In this document: positions 1 to 9,343 of the stretch, in pieces
Layout: each line of letters begins with the position of its first letter
Numbering within the stretch: position 1 is the stretch's first letter
Notes under the pieces: generated by a model
The model's input: the letters and a program-made list of their open reading frames with translations, nothing else
Told to the model about the DNA's origin: nothing
Database searches by the model: none
Made by a program: the position numbers and the translations under genes
From: an uncultured Actinomycetes bacterium
GTDB taxonomy: Bacteria > Actinomycetota > Thermoleophilia > Gaiellales > Gaiellaceae
Length of the DNA stretch: 64,000 bases
Assembly: GCA_963704005.1 (NCBI GenBank)
Contig: CAVPGJ010000001.1
Span: 240,345 to 304,344 of the forward strand
Reading direction: 5' to 3'

Positions 1-502
1 AGAGCTTCCATGCCGCGCGCGCGACCGGGGCGGGCGGGACGCCGAAGTCGAGCAGGGCGGCGGTCGCGCCCGGCCGCAGCACCCGCGCCAGCTCGCGCAG
101 GCCGGCGGGAAGGTCGTCGAGGTAGCGGAGCAGGTAGGCGGCGGTGAGCCCGTCGAAGGACGCGTCCTCGAACGGAAGCTGGTTCGCGCTCGCCTCGACC
201 AGCCGAACCCGCTTCGTCTCGGCCGCGAGCAGGAGCCGCCGCCTTGCCTCGTCGAGCATCTCCGCGCTCTGGTCGACGCCGACGACGGAGCAACCCTTCT
301 GGCGGACGAGCTCGAGCGCGACCGCCGCAGTGCCGGTGGCGACGTCGAGCACGACGTCCTCGGGGCCGACGGGCAGTCGCGAGACGAGGAATCGGCGCCA
401 GCGAGGGTCCTGGCCGAAGGAGAGCAGCCGCGCGTAGCGGTCGTAGGTCGGCCCGAGCGGTGCGAACAGCTCGCGCGCGCGCCCGGAGAGCGTCTCGACC
501 AC
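1..502 (-). CDS. class I SAM-dependent methyltransferase, UbiE/MenG-like (C-terminal end lies outside the window)
   Basis: Own minus-strand translation from GTG at 500-502: VVETLSGRARELFAPLGPTYDRYARLLSFGQDPRWRR...VLDVATGTAAVALEL...VVGVDQSAEMLDEARRR. It has SAM motif I and the YD..N..SFG.D..WRR N-terminal signature. It is absent from the ORF track because it is open at the window edge. Confidence 0.7.
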   Translation of the reverse strand, partial: MVETLSGRARELFAPLGPTYDRYARLLSFGQDPRWRRFLVSRLPVGPEDVVLDVATGTAAVALELVRQKGCSVVGVDQSAEMLDEARRRLLLAAETKRVRLVEASANQLPFEDASFDGLTAAYLLRYLDDLPAGLRELARVLRPGATAALLDFGVPPAPVARAAWKL

Positions 503-525
503 GGGCGTGAGTCTAAGCTCACTTC

Positions 526-939
526 GTGGAGGGGGAGCTGAGGCGGATCGCGGAGGCCGCGGTTGCGTACACAGGCGACGGCGAGGAGCTGGCGGGGATC
601 GTCCCGGCCGAGCCTTCGGAGGGTGTTCGCGTCTACCTCTGCGCCTACCGCCACGGCGAGGAGACGAGCTGGCTCGTGCTCGACGCCGACGGCGCGCCCG
701 TCGGGGACCGCTCGCTCGTGCGGGACGCGGTCTCCATCGCCGCGCTCTGGGAGCTCGCGAACGAGCTCCGCGGCGACGAGACGGACGGGACGCAGGCGGC
801 GAGCCCGGCCCTCCTCGACGAGGCAGGCGCATCCGCCGAGGACCCCGCTGCCTTCGCGCAGGCGATCGCGCAGGCGGCCGGAACCGTCGACGAGCTCGTC
901 CGCGACGTCGAGCGCGGCTACAAGCGTCCGCTGAGCTGA
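526..939 (+). CDS. hypothetical acidic protein
   Basis: 137-aa ORF with GTG start and GC3-rich codons. I see no recognisable motif. Confidence 0.5.
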   Translation: MEGELRRIAEAAVAYTGDGEELAGIVPAEPSEGVRVYLCAYRHGEETSWLVLDADGAPVGDRSLVRDAVSIAALWELANELRGDETDGTQAASPALLDEAGASAEDPAAFAQAIAQAAGTVDELVRDVERGYKRPLS

Positions 940-1002
940 AATCGCCGTGAGGCGTCCAACCTGGTGCCTCCCAGCAGGTGCGTCAGACGCTAACCTGCGG
1001 AG

Positions 1003-1299
1003 ATGGAAGGAAGCGGCTTCGGATTCCCGCTCGGGGGCGACCCCGAGGACCTGATGCGGAGCCTGCGCGAGTTCGCCGAGCAGCAGGCCGAGTCGGTGCA
1101 GGAGGCGCAGCGCGAGCAGTTCGCGACGCTGACGCTGAACACCGCGGTCGAGCTGACCGCCGCCGCGTTGCAGCAGGTGGCCGCCCCCGGCAGCGCCGAC
1201 GAGCAGGCGGTCGCTCTCCGCGACGCCATGCGCGTGCTCTTCCCAGAAGCGGTGGCGCTGGTCTCAGCAGCGCGGCAGGGCTTCATGCGCGAAGGCTGA
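1003..1299 (+). CDS. hypothetical protein
   Basis: 98-aa ORF with GC3-rich codons and helical A/E/Q-rich composition. No recognisable family. Confidence 0.45.
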   Translation: MEGSGFGFPLGGDPEDLMRSLREFAEQQAESVQEAQREQFATLTLNTAVELTAAALQQVAAPGSADEQAVALRDAMRVLFPEAVALVSAARQGFMREG

Positions 1300-1452
1300 C
1301 CCTCCGGCCGGCCGCGCCAGCCGCTCGCCCGCGCGGATCAGAAGCACACCGAGCGCCCGGCGGGCAGGGCGGGGGGACTTCGCGGGCCAGTCGAGCCTGA
1401 GCCGGTCGGCCTGCTCCCTGCTCAGCTGTGTGCGGATCTCGTGGTCGAACAT
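1264..1452 (-). CDS. small hypothetical protein, divergent from the MarR gene
   Basis: Internal ATG (1450-1452) of ORF 1264..1533 gives MFDHEIRTQLSREQADRL.... Most codons are GC3-ending. It overlaps the 3' end of 1003..1299 by 36 nt, so it is uncertain. Confidence 0.3.
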   Translation of the reverse strand: MFDHEIRTQLSREQADRLRLDWPAKSPRPARRALGVLLIRAGERLARPAGGSAFAHEALPRC

Positions 1453-1477
1453 CCGACCCTCCTCTCGAGCTAGAGTA

Positions 1478-1521
1478 TCTTGATGTCGAAGCTTATAGAT
1501 GGAGACTCTTGACGTCAAGAG
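1478..1521. promoter_or_regulatory. candidate MarR operator pair overlapping a leaderless-type promoter
   Basis: A perfect 16-bp palindrome CTCTTGACGTCAAGAG lies at 1506-1521. A related box TCTTGATGTCGAAG lies at 1478-1491. TTGACG (1509-1514) plus a 17-nt spacer plus AAGAAT (1532-1537) ends 6 nt before ATG 1544. Confidence 0.4.
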
Positions 1522-1543
1522 GTTTTTGACCAAGAATCACGAC

Positions 1544-2060
1544 ATGGCAAAGACCGAAGAACGAGACCACGTCGACCGCTTCCTGGAGGAGAACGAGCTT
1601 CCCGGGGATCGACCTCGAGGTCGAAGGGATCGTCGATCGCATCAACGGCCTCCGGCGCCGGTTCAACCGCATGCTGGACGAGACGCTCGTCGACTTCGGC
1701 CTCAGCGAAGGCGAGTGGAAGGCGCTGAATCAGCTGAGCCTGGCAGGGCCACCGCACCGGCGCTCGGCTGGGCAGCTCGCCAAGTGGGCCGAGCTCTCGA
1801 GCGGTGCCATGACCAACAGGATCGACCAGCTCGAGCGGGCTGGGCTCGTGCGACGGCTGCCGGACCCGGAGGACCGCCGCGGCGTGCTCGTCGAGCTGAC
1901 CGACGCGGGCCACAAGACGTGGAAGGACTCCGTCGCCACCCAGGCCGCCAAGGAGTCGCTGATCGCCGCTGCGCTGACCAAGGACGAGAAGCAGGAGCTG
2001 AACGCGCTGCTGCGTCGGCTGATGCGCGAGTTCGAGCGGCGCGAGCAAGACCGCTCGTAG
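1544..2060 (+). pseudogene. MarR family transcriptional regulator, interrupted by an apparent +1 frameshift at ~1604-1608 (alternatively a truncated 129-aa CDS from ATG 1671)
   Basis: The N-terminus MAKTEERDHVDRFLEENELPG is in phase 2. The continuation IDLEVEGIVDRINGLRRRFNRMLDETL...wHTH (SAGQLAKWAELSSGAMTNRIDQLERAGLVRR) is in phase 0. The junction lies in the cccgggg run. Confidence 0.75.
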
Positions 2061-2071
2061 AATCGGCGCCC

Positions 2072-2998
2072 GTGGCCCTGCTCGATCGCGCCCTCGTCCG
2101 GCTGCTCCCGGCCGTTCCGAAGCCCGTGGTGCGCCGGGTCTCGTCGCGCTACATCGCGGGCGAGGAGCTCTCCGATGCGGTTCGGGTCGTAAGGCAGGTG
2201 AACGGCGAGGGGAAGCTGGCCACCATCGACGTCCTCGGCGAGGAGATCGCGAACGCGGACGAGGCGCGTGCGATCGCCGACGCCTACCGGGAGTCGCTCG
2301 ACGCCTTCGAGCAGGAGCGGCTGGACTCCAACGTCAGCGTCAAGCTGACCGCGCTCGGGCTCAAGCTCGGCTACGACCTCTGCCGCGAGAACCTCGAGGC
2401 GGTCGTCGCCCACGCGGCCGAGCAGGGCAACTTCGTCCGGATCGACATGGAGGACTCGTCCACGACCGACGAGGCGCTCCGCCTCTACCGCGAGCTGCGC
2501 GCGGCGGGCCACGAGAACGTCGGGATCGTGCTGCAGGCGCGGCTGAAGCGGACGCTGGCCGACGTCGCCGCGCTGGCGGAGCTGCGGCCGAACGTGCGGC
2601 TCTGCAAGGGCATCTACCTCGAGCCGGCCGAGATCGCGTTCCGCGAGTTCGAGGCGATCCGCATCAGCTTCGTCCAGGCGCTGCACGCGCTCTGGGACGC
2701 GGGTTGCTATGTCGGCGTGGCGACGCACGACGAGTGGCTGCTGGAGGAGGCGAAGCGAGGGGTGGAGGCGCGCAGGCTCGGTCGCGAGGAGTACGAGCTC
2801 CAGATGCTGCTCGGCGTGCAGCCGGCGCTCGGCGACGAGCTCGTCCGCGAGGGGCGCCGGCTGCGGATCTATACGCCGTTCGGGCGGCACTGGTACGCCT
2901 ACTCGCTGCGGCGGCTGCAGGAGAACCCGAAGATCGCGGCCTACATCGCGGCCGACACGCTCAACCGGCTGCTCCCGGGCCGCAACGGCGCCGGCTAG
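2072..2998 (+). CDS. proline dehydrogenase (monofunctional PutA-like)
   Basis: GTG at 2072 within ORF 1499..2998. Motifs: ...IDVLGEE...VSVKLTALG...NFVRIDMEDS...GIVLQARLKR...LCKGIY...ATHD...ELQMLLGV...RIYTPFG..WYAYSLRRLQENP. Confidence 0.85.
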   Translation: MALLDRALVRLLPAVPKPVVRRVSSRYIAGEELSDAVRVVRQVNGEGKLATIDVLGEEIANADEARAIADAYRESLDAFEQERLDSNVSVKLTALGLKLGYDLCRENLEAVVAHAAEQGNFVRIDMEDSSTTDEALRLYRELRAAGHENVGIVLQARLKRTLADVAALAELRPNVRLCKGIYLEPAEIAFREFEAIRISFVQALHALWDAGCYVGVATHDEWLLEEAKRGVEARRLGREEYELQMLLGVQPALGDELVREGRRLRIYTPFGRHWYAYSLRRLQENPKIAAYIAADTLNRLLPGRNGAG

Positions 2999-3006
2999 CG
3001 CTTATG

Positions 3007-3633
3007 TCACGGCTTGCGGGCGATCACGACCAGGTCGCCGGGGACGCGCAGCTCGCGCCGGCCCCAGCGGTTCGGGTCGGGTAGCTCCTCGAGCCGCTCG
3101 ACCGCGAGCCCGGCTTCGGCAAGCGCCTCGACGAGCACTCCGACCGGCCAGGCGTCGAAGTAGCTGTCGTGCCAGTGGAGCATCTGGTCGAGGCAGGCCG
3201 CAACCGGGTGCTCGTCGTAAGCGATGAGCACGCCGCCGGGCCGCAGCGCCGCGGACACGCCTCCCGCCCAGCCCGCGAAGTCGGAGACGAGAGCCAGCGT
3301 CCCCCAGGACGAGTAGACGACGTCGAAGCGCCCGCGCCGCAGCTCGACCGGGAGCGCCTGGACGTCCGCCGTGACGAGCGCCGCGTCCGGGAGCCGCTTC
3401 CGCGCGGCGCGCACCGTCTCCTCCGAGGCGTCGACCCCTGTGACGAGCGCGCCGAGCCCGATCAGCGCAGCCGTCTCGCGGCCGGCGCCGCAGGAGAGGT
3501 GCAGCACGTGGCGGCCGTCGAGGTCCGGCAGCCGCTCGCGGACCGGCTTCGGCAGGCCCCGCTGCCCGCCGCGGCGGCGGAGGCTGCGGTGCGCGTCCTC
3601 CCAGGCGCGGAGGTTGCCCTCGGTCGGCTCCAT
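3007..3633 (-). CDS. class I SAM-dependent methyltransferase
   Basis: 208-aa ORF with motif I VLHLSCGAGRETAAL and post-I VTGVDASE. Confidence 0.75.
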   Translation of the reverse strand: MEPTEGNLRAWEDAHRSLRRRGGQRGLPKPVRERLPDLDGRHVLHLSCGAGRETAALIGLGALVTGVDASEETVRAARKRLPDAALVTADVQALPVELRRGRFDVVYSSWGTLALVSDFAGWAGGVSAALRPGGVLIAYDEHPVAACLDQMLHWHDSYFDAWPVGVLVEALAEAGLAVERLEELPDPNRWGRRELRVPGDLVVIARKP

Positions 3634-4370
3634 CAGGCGAGCAGCGAAAAGCCGCCGTCGACGACGAGGGTCTGGCCGCGGACCATCTTGGCCTCATCCG
3701 AGCAGAGGAAGCAGACCGCGTCGGCGACGTCGCGCGGCTCGACCAGCCGGCCGGCCGGGGTGCGCTTCAGGCCGGAGGCGATCATCTCCTCGCGGTTCGG
3801 GAAGTACTCGAGCGCGCCCGTCTCGACGACCCCGGCCGAGACGGCGTTGACCCGGATCCCGCGCGGGGCGAGCTCGACGGCGAGGTAGCGGACGACCGCC
3901 TCGAGCGCCGCCTTCGAGACGCCGACCAGCACGTAGTTCTCGAGCACACGCGTCGAGCCGAGGCTCGAGATACCGACGAACGACGAGCCTTCGCGCATGC
4001 CCGGCGCGAGCGCCCGCGCGAGCGACAGCAGCGCCCGCGCGTTCGCCGAGAGCGTCCAGTCCCAGTGCTTGTCCTGCACCTGCAGCGCCGGCTCGATCAC
4101 GCCGGTCGCCGCGTTATGGACGACGACGTCGAACGGGCCGAGCCCGGCGGCCTCCTCGACCACGCGCTCGGAGGCGACGTTGCCCCGCAGCAGCAGCGGC
4201 TCGGCACCGGCCGCGCGCAGCTCCTCGGCCGCCTCCTCGGCCGCGCGGTCGTTGCGCAGGTAGCCGATCGCGACGCGCTTCGCTCCCAGCTCCGCGAACC
4301 GGAGCGCGATCGCCTTCCCGATCCCCCGCGTGCCTCCGGTCACGAGGACCGAGGCGCCTTCGTAGCTCAT
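3633..4370 (-). CDS. SDR family oxidoreductase (FabG/FabL-like)
   Basis: TGGTRGIGKA cofactor motif, NAA, and the S...YxxxK catalytic pattern (YVLVGVSKAALE). Its stop overlaps the next gene's start. Confidence 0.85.
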   Translation of the reverse strand: MSYEGASVLVTGGTRGIGKAIALRFAELGAKRVAIGYLRNDRAAEEAAEELRAAGAEPLLLRGNVASERVVEEAAGLGPFDVVVHNAATGVIEPALQVQDKHWDWTLSANARALLSLARALAPGMREGSSFVGISSLGSTRVLENYVLVGVSKAALEAVVRYLAVELAPRGIRVNAVSAGVVETGALEYFPNREEMIASGLKRTPAGRLVEPRDVADAVCFLCSDEAKMVRGQTLVVDGGFSLLA

Positions 4371-4642
4371 CTCCGTGGAAGCGGCTCGTCCGCGGGCGCG
4401 GCGCTCGGGATCTCCTCCCAGCCGGGCACGTCGCGCCGCACGCGCGGGCCCTCGTCGGCCTTGGAGGAGGCGTGGCCGAGGCGATCGAGGAGCTCCATCT
4501 GCTCCTCGCCGTAGCGCCGCACCTCGTGGCCCTCGGGCAGGCCCTGGACGAGCTCACGTACGCGCGCGCGAAGCTGGTACGCGAAGTGCGGGGTCGCAGG
4601 CCCGACGAGCCTGTCGACGTCGTCCCTTGTCGGCTCGCGCAT
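4367..4642 (-). CDS. hypothetical protein
   Basis: Internal ATG 4640-4642 of ORF 4367..4747 (MREPTRDDVDRLVGPATPHFAYQLR...). It has a 4-nt overlap with the downstream SDR gene and GC3-rich codons. Confidence 0.5.
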   Translation of the reverse strand: MREPTRDDVDRLVGPATPHFAYQLRARVRELVQGLPEGHEVRRYGEEQMELLDRLGHASSKADEGPRVRRDVPGWEEIPSAAPADEPLPRR

Positions 4643-5582
4643 GGCCGAAAGCCTAATGGGTAGCGTCCGAGAGATGAGACGACCGGAGCTTGCCGACCTG
4701 ATGTTGTTCTCGACGGTCACGCTCTGGGCTCTCAACTTCACGGTCACGAAGTACGTGATCTCGCACGGGTTCCAGCCGATCGCCTACGGGAGCCTGCGCT
4801 TCGGAGCCGCCGCGCTCGTATTCTGCGCGCTCGCCTACGCGCGGGAGCGCTCGCTCGCGATCCAGCGGCGCGACCTCGTGATGCTCGCGGCCGCGGCCCT
4901 GATCGGGATCTTCCTGAACCAGCTCTCGTTCGTCTACGCGATCAAGCTGACGACGGCGACGACGGTCGCGTTGCTCTTCGGGACGCTGCCGGTGCTGACC
5001 GGGATCTTCGCCTTCCTGCTCGGGATCGAGCGGCTCGGGTCTCGCTTCTGGTTCGCGGCGGCGCTCGCGTTCGGCGGCGTCGCGCTCGTGGCGATCGGCT
5101 CCGCCGGCGGCGTCTCGGGCCAGCTCTGGGGCGACCTGCTCGGTCTCGCCGCGGCGGCGACCTGGGCCTGGTACACGGTCTCCGTCTCGCCCTTGCTGAA
5201 GCGCTACTCGACCGTGCGCCTCAGCGCGGTGGCGTTCACGATCGGGGCGGTGCCGCTGCTCGCCGCGGGCGCGCCGCAGCTCGCGTCCCAGGACTACAAC
5301 CTCGGCGCAACGATCTGGCTGCTCTACGCCTTCGCGATCGTCGGCCCGCTCGTGGTCGCGAACCTGCTCTGGTTCGGCGGGATCAGCCGCGTCGGGCCGT
5401 CGCGCGCGTCGGTGTTCGCGAACCTGCAGCCCTTCCTGGCCGCGATCTTCTCGCTGCTGATCCTCTCGGAGCCGATCACCCGTCTCCAGGTCGCGGGCGG
5501 CCTGACGATCGGCTCGGCGATCCTGCTTTCCCGCCGGTCGCAGCCGCTGCGAACTGCGCCTGCGATCGAAGGTGGTGCGTAG
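4641..5582 (+). CDS. DMT superfamily (EamA-like) transporter
   Basis: 313 aa with about 10 hydrophobic segments forming two EamA-type halves. The start could be the internal ATG (MRRPELADL). Confidence 0.85.
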   Translation: MAESLMGSVREMRRPELADLMLFSTVTLWALNFTVTKYVISHGFQPIAYGSLRFGAAALVFCALAYARERSLAIQRRDLVMLAAAALIGIFLNQLSFVYAIKLTTATTVALLFGTLPVLTGIFAFLLGIERLGSRFWFAAALAFGGVALVAIGSAGGVSGQLWGDLLGLAAAATWAWYTVSVSPLLKRYSTVRLSAVAFTIGAVPLLAAGAPQLASQDYNLGATIWLLYAFAIVGPLVVANLLWFGGISRVGPSRASVFANLQPFLAAIFSLLILSEPITRLQVAGGLTIGSAILLSRRSQPLRTAPAIEGGA

Positions 5583-7115
5583 GTGACCCTTCGCGAGCGT
5601 CTCGCGCGCACGCCGCCCGGATACACGTACTCGATCGGCCGCGTGCTCGCGATCTACTCGGGCCTGATGGTCACGCTGATGCTGGCGGCGCTCGACCAGA
5701 CGATCGTCGCGACGGCGCTGCCGAAGGTGGTCTCCGACCTGGGCGGCATCACGCAGTACACGTGGGTCTTCACCGCCTACATGCTCGGCTCGACGGTGAC
5801 CGTCCCGCTGTACGGGAAGCTCGGCGACGCGCACGGGCGCAAGCCGCTGTTCATCGTCGCGATCACGATCTTTCTCGTCGGCTCGGCGCTGTGCGGCCTG
5901 GCGCAGAACATGGTGCAGCTGGTCGTTTTCCGTGCGATCCAGGGCGTCGGCGCGGGCGGCCTCTTCCCGCTGACGCTGGCGATGGTCGGGATGATCGTGC
6001 CCCCTCGCGACCGCGGCCAGTACCAAGGGCTGATCGGCTCGGTGTTCGCCGCCGCGTCGATCATCGGGCCGCTCGTCGGCGGCTTCATCGTCGACAACTT
6101 CAGCTGGCGCTGGATCTTCTACGTCAACATTCCGGTGGGCGGGCTGGCCCTCGTGGTGATCCTCGCGACGATGCCGCGACGGGCCTACAAGCAGGAGCAC
6201 TCGATCGACTGGCTCGGAGCCGGAGTCCTCGCGGCGGGGACGACGGCGCTGCTGCTCGGGCTCGTGTGGGGCGGGCGCGACTACCCGTGGGCCTCGGCGG
6301 AAGTGCTCGGCGCGCTCGGCGTCGCGGTCGTGCTCCTGGCCGCGTTCGCGCTCGTCGAGCGGGAGGTGCGCGAGCCGATCCTGCCGTTCGACCTTCTGCG
6401 CAACCAGACGGTGGCCTCGAGCGTCGCCTGCATGGGGCTCGTCGGCGCGGCCATGTTCGGGACGATCAGCTTCGTGCCGCTCTTCGTGCAGGGCGTGATC
6501 GGCACCTCGGCGACCTCGTCCGGCGTCGTGCTGACGCCGTTCATGCTCGGCGCGGTGTGCACCAGCTTCATCTCGGGCCAGATCGTCTCGCGCACCGGGC
6601 GCTACCGGCCGAACACGCTGATCGGCCCGGTCGTGCTCGGAATCGGGCTGCTGCTCCTCTCGCGGATGGACGTGCACACGACCAACGCTGAGGCGTCGCG
6701 GAACATGCTCATCGCCGGGATCGGGCTCGGGATGATGATGCAGATCTTCGTCCTCTCGGTGCAGAACTCGGTGCCGCGGCGCTCGATGGGGACGGCGACG
6801 GCGCTGACGCAGTTCTCGCGCTCGATCGGCGCGACGTTCGGCGTGACGCTGATGGGCGTGATCGTCAACCAGCAGCTGCCGGCGAGCGTCCAGGGCGAGG
6901 GCACGGTCATCCACCGGCTGCCCGCGGCCGGGCGGATCGCACTCGCGAACGCGCTCCACCCGGCGTTCCTCGCCGCCGCCGGGCTCTGCGCGCTCGTCTT
7001 CGTGATCTCGTTGTTGTGGGTGCGCGAGGTGCCGCTGCGGCGCGGCGTCGAGGAGGAAGTTCCTCTCGGCGACGAGGCTTCCCCGCAACCGGCCGGAGTA
7101 AGATCACACGTGTGA
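5583..7115 (+). CDS. MFS transporter, DHA2 (EmrB/QacA, 14-TMS) family
   Basis: 510 aa. Motif LDQTIVATALP, motif A-like GKLGDAHGRKP, and a 14-TMS pattern. Confidence 0.9.
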   Translation: MTLRERLARTPPGYTYSIGRVLAIYSGLMVTLMLAALDQTIVATALPKVVSDLGGITQYTWVFTAYMLGSTVTVPLYGKLGDAHGRKPLFIVAITIFLVGSALCGLAQNMVQLVVFRAIQGVGAGGLFPLTLAMVGMIVPPRDRGQYQGLIGSVFAAASIIGPLVGGFIVDNFSWRWIFYVNIPVGGLALVVILATMPRRAYKQEHSIDWLGAGVLAAGTTALLLGLVWGGRDYPWASAEVLGALGVAVVLLAAFALVEREVREPILPFDLLRNQTVASSVACMGLVGAAMFGTISFVPLFVQGVIGTSATSSGVVLTPFMLGAVCTSFISGQIVSRTGRYRPNTLIGPVVLGIGLLLLSRMDVHTTNAEASRNMLIAGIGLGMMMQIFVLSVQNSVPRRSMGTATALTQFSRSIGATFGVTLMGVIVNQQLPASVQGEGTVIHRLPAAGRIALANALHPAFLAAAGLCALVFVISLLWVREVPLRRGVEEEVPLGDEASPQPAGVRSHV

Positions 7116-7129
7116 GCTCGACCGATTTC

Positions 7130-8213
7130 ATGCCGCTCGATGGCTGGGACCACGTCGAGCTCTGGGTCGGCAACGCGAAGCAGGCGGCCTACTTCTACGA
7201 GCACGCGTTCGGGTTCACGCCGGACCGCCTACGGCGGTCCCGAGACAGGCATGCGCGACCGCGCCTCCTACGTGCTCGAGCAGGGCGAGATCCGTCTCGT
7301 CGTGACGAGCGGGCTGCGCGCCGACAGCGAGGTCACGCAGTACGCAGGCCGGCACGGGGATGCCGCGAAGGTGATCGCGCTCCAGGTTCCGAGCGCGGAC
7401 GAGGCGTACCGCCAGGCCGTCCAGCGCGGCGCGCGCGGGATCACGGAGCCGCACTGGGCCGAGGACGAGTTCGGCCGCGTCGAGCTGGCGTCGATCGGGA
7501 CCTACGGCGACACGATCCACACCTTCGTCAACCGCCGCGACTACGCGGGCCCGTACCTGCCGGGCTATCGCGCCGCCGCCTCGAACGGCCAGCCGGCGGG
7601 CGGCGTCGGCCTGAAGGCGCTCGACCACGTCGTCGGCAACGTCGAGCTCGGCCGGATGAACCACTGGGTCGAGTTCTACGAGCGTGTCTTCGGGATGACG
7701 AACATCGTCCACTTCGGCGACGACCAGATCCAGACGGAGTACTCGGCGCTGATGTCGAAGGTGATGGCGGACGGGAGCGGCAAGATCAAGTTCCCGATCA
7801 ACGAGCCGGCCGAGGGCAAGCGCAAGAGCCAGATCGAGGAGTACCTCGAGTTCAACGACGGGCCCGGCGTGCAGCACATCGCGCTGCAGAGCGAGGACAT
7901 CGTGGGGACGGTCGAGGCGATGAAGGAGCGCGGCGTCCTCTTCCTCGACACGCCGGAGACCTACTACGACGACGTCGAGTCGCGGGTCGGCGAGATCGGC
8001 GAGGACTACGCCGACCTGCAGCGGCTGAGGATCCTGGCCGACCGCGACGAGGACGGCTACCTGCTGCAGATCTTCACGAAGACGGCGCAGGACCGGCCGA
8101 CGGTCTTCTTCGAGGTGATCGAGCGGCACGGCGCGACGACCTTCGGCGAGGGCAACTTCAAGGCCCTCTTCGAGTCGATCGAGCGCGAGCAGGCGCTCCG
8201 CGGCAACCTCTAG
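7130..8213 (+). pseudogene. hppD: 4-hydroxyphenylpyruvate dioxygenase, apparent +1 frameshift at ~7223-7227
   Basis: The N-terminus MPLDGWDHVELWVGNAKQAAYFYEHAFGFTPD is in phase 2 (ORF 7016). The rest, AYGGPETGMRDRASYVLEQGEIRLVV...GVQHIAL...GYLLQIFT...FFEVIERHG..FGEGNFKALFESIE, is in phase 0 (ORF 7140..8213). GTG 7112 is an alternative start. Confidence 0.85.
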
Positions 8214-8812
8214 GGCTTCACGGCGCCGGCATACCACCAGCCGATCGCGGGCAGCGCGCCGCCGTCGATCAGCCGCTGCTCTTCTCGCTGCAGGTCGTCC
8301 TTGTCGAGCATGCGCGCCAGGTACGGCCGCTCCGTGACGCCGAGCGGCTCGAAGACTGCCTCGAGCGCGGCGCGGACCCGTTCGCCCGGGTGGAGCTCGC
8401 GGTGCTCGTCTCGCCACTCCCCGACCGGGCGGGGCTCGCCGTGCTCGGCTACCCATCCGGCTGCGCGCACGTCGTAGGCCTCCCAGGAGAACTCGTCGAC
8501 GAACAGCCGGCCGCCCGGCCGGAGCAGGCGCTCGATCGCCGCGAGCGCCGGTTCGAGCTCGGCGTGGTGAAGCGCCATCACGGCGCAGACCGCGTCGAAG
8601 CGCCCGATCGAGCCAGCGTCCTCGACGCGTTCACGGATCAGGCGCGGCCGTGCAGGCGCGTTCGGGTCGACGCCGACGGCGTCGAGGCCCTGCGCCGCCA
8701 GCCGGTCGACGAGGCTGCCGTCGCCGCAACCCAGGTCGAGCACGCGCGAGCGGGGCGGCAGGGCGCGGAGGAGCACCTCGTCGAAGCCACGCCACCAGCG
8801 ATCCGCCGCCAC
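8210..8812 (-). CDS. class I SAM-dependent methyltransferase
   Basis: GTG at 8810-8812 inside ORF 8210..9652, with motif I VLDLGCGDGSLVDRL. The upstream part of that ORF belongs to the neighbouring genes' antisense or other frames. Confidence 0.75.
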   Translation of the reverse strand: MAADRWWRGFDEVLLRALPPRSRVLDLGCGDGSLVDRLAAQGLDAVGVDPNAPARPRLIRERVEDAGSIGRFDAVCAVMALHHAELEPALAAIERLLRPGGRLFVDEFSWEAYDVRAAGWVAEHGEPRPVGEWRDEHRELHPGERVRAALEAVFEPLGVTERPYLARMLDKDDLQREEQRLIDGGALPAIGWWYAGAVKP

Positions 8813-8814
8813 CG

Positions 8815-9300
8815 CTAGCTCTCGCGCTGCTTCCAGCGCCGCAAGCCGCCTTTGGGATCCCAGGCGAGGCCGTAGCGGCCCGGAGCGAACTCGACGAAGC
8901 CGGCCGAGTCGATGTCGACGGCGAACGCGTGGTAGTTCGGCTCCTCGGGCTCCCAGTCGATCCGCGCCTTGACCGCCGCGCGGTAGCGCGCCCGCCGCTC
9001 GCTCTGCTCGACGGACACCGCTCGGCCGTAGAGCTTGAAGTCGCCCTCGTCGCCTTCGCGGCGCGAGACGACGCTGTGGACGACGAGGCGCGGGTCGCGC
9101 AGCAGGTCGAGCGCCTTCGGCGAGCGCCACATCATCCCGAGCATCAGCTCGCCGTCGACGAAGTCCGGCTCGACCGGGCTGATGCGCGGCCAGCCGTTGG
9201 CGCGCAGGGTTCCGATCAGGCAGAGCTCGCGGGCGCGGAACCGCTCCTCGCCGAGCGCGGCGAGCTCCGGGCACACCGCGGCGAACTCGTCCCAGCGCAT
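8815..9300 (-). CDS. pyridoxamine 5'-phosphate oxidase (PPOX) family protein
   Basis: ATG 9298-9300 inside ORF 8815..9849. MRWDEFAAVCPELAALGEERF...LCLIGTLRANGWPRISPVEP...LYGRA resembles the split-barrel flavin/deazaflavin-binding family. Confidence 0.65.
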   Translation of the reverse strand: MRWDEFAAVCPELAALGEERFRARELCLIGTLRANGWPRISPVEPDFVDGELMLGMMWRSPKALDLLRDPRLVVHSVVSRREGDEGDFKLYGRAVSVEQSERRARYRAAVKARIDWEPEEPNYHAFAVDIDSAGFVEFAPGRYGLAWDPKGGLRRWKQRES

Positions 9301-9343
9301 CGACGTCCAGGCTATCGCCTGGTCGCGTGCGATCCTTCGCGCG

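Noticed and set aside
4653-7088. 811-aa ORF on the minus strand
   Set aside because: It is antisense to two well-supported transporter genes (DMT and MFS with clear TMS patterns). The product is an R/D/E/H-rich low-complexity string typical of stop-free antisense frames in very GC-rich DNA. The same applies to other long antisense ORFs (for example 1730..2890, 13095..14420, 28683..30344, 31312..32880, 39353..41425 and 49758..51332).
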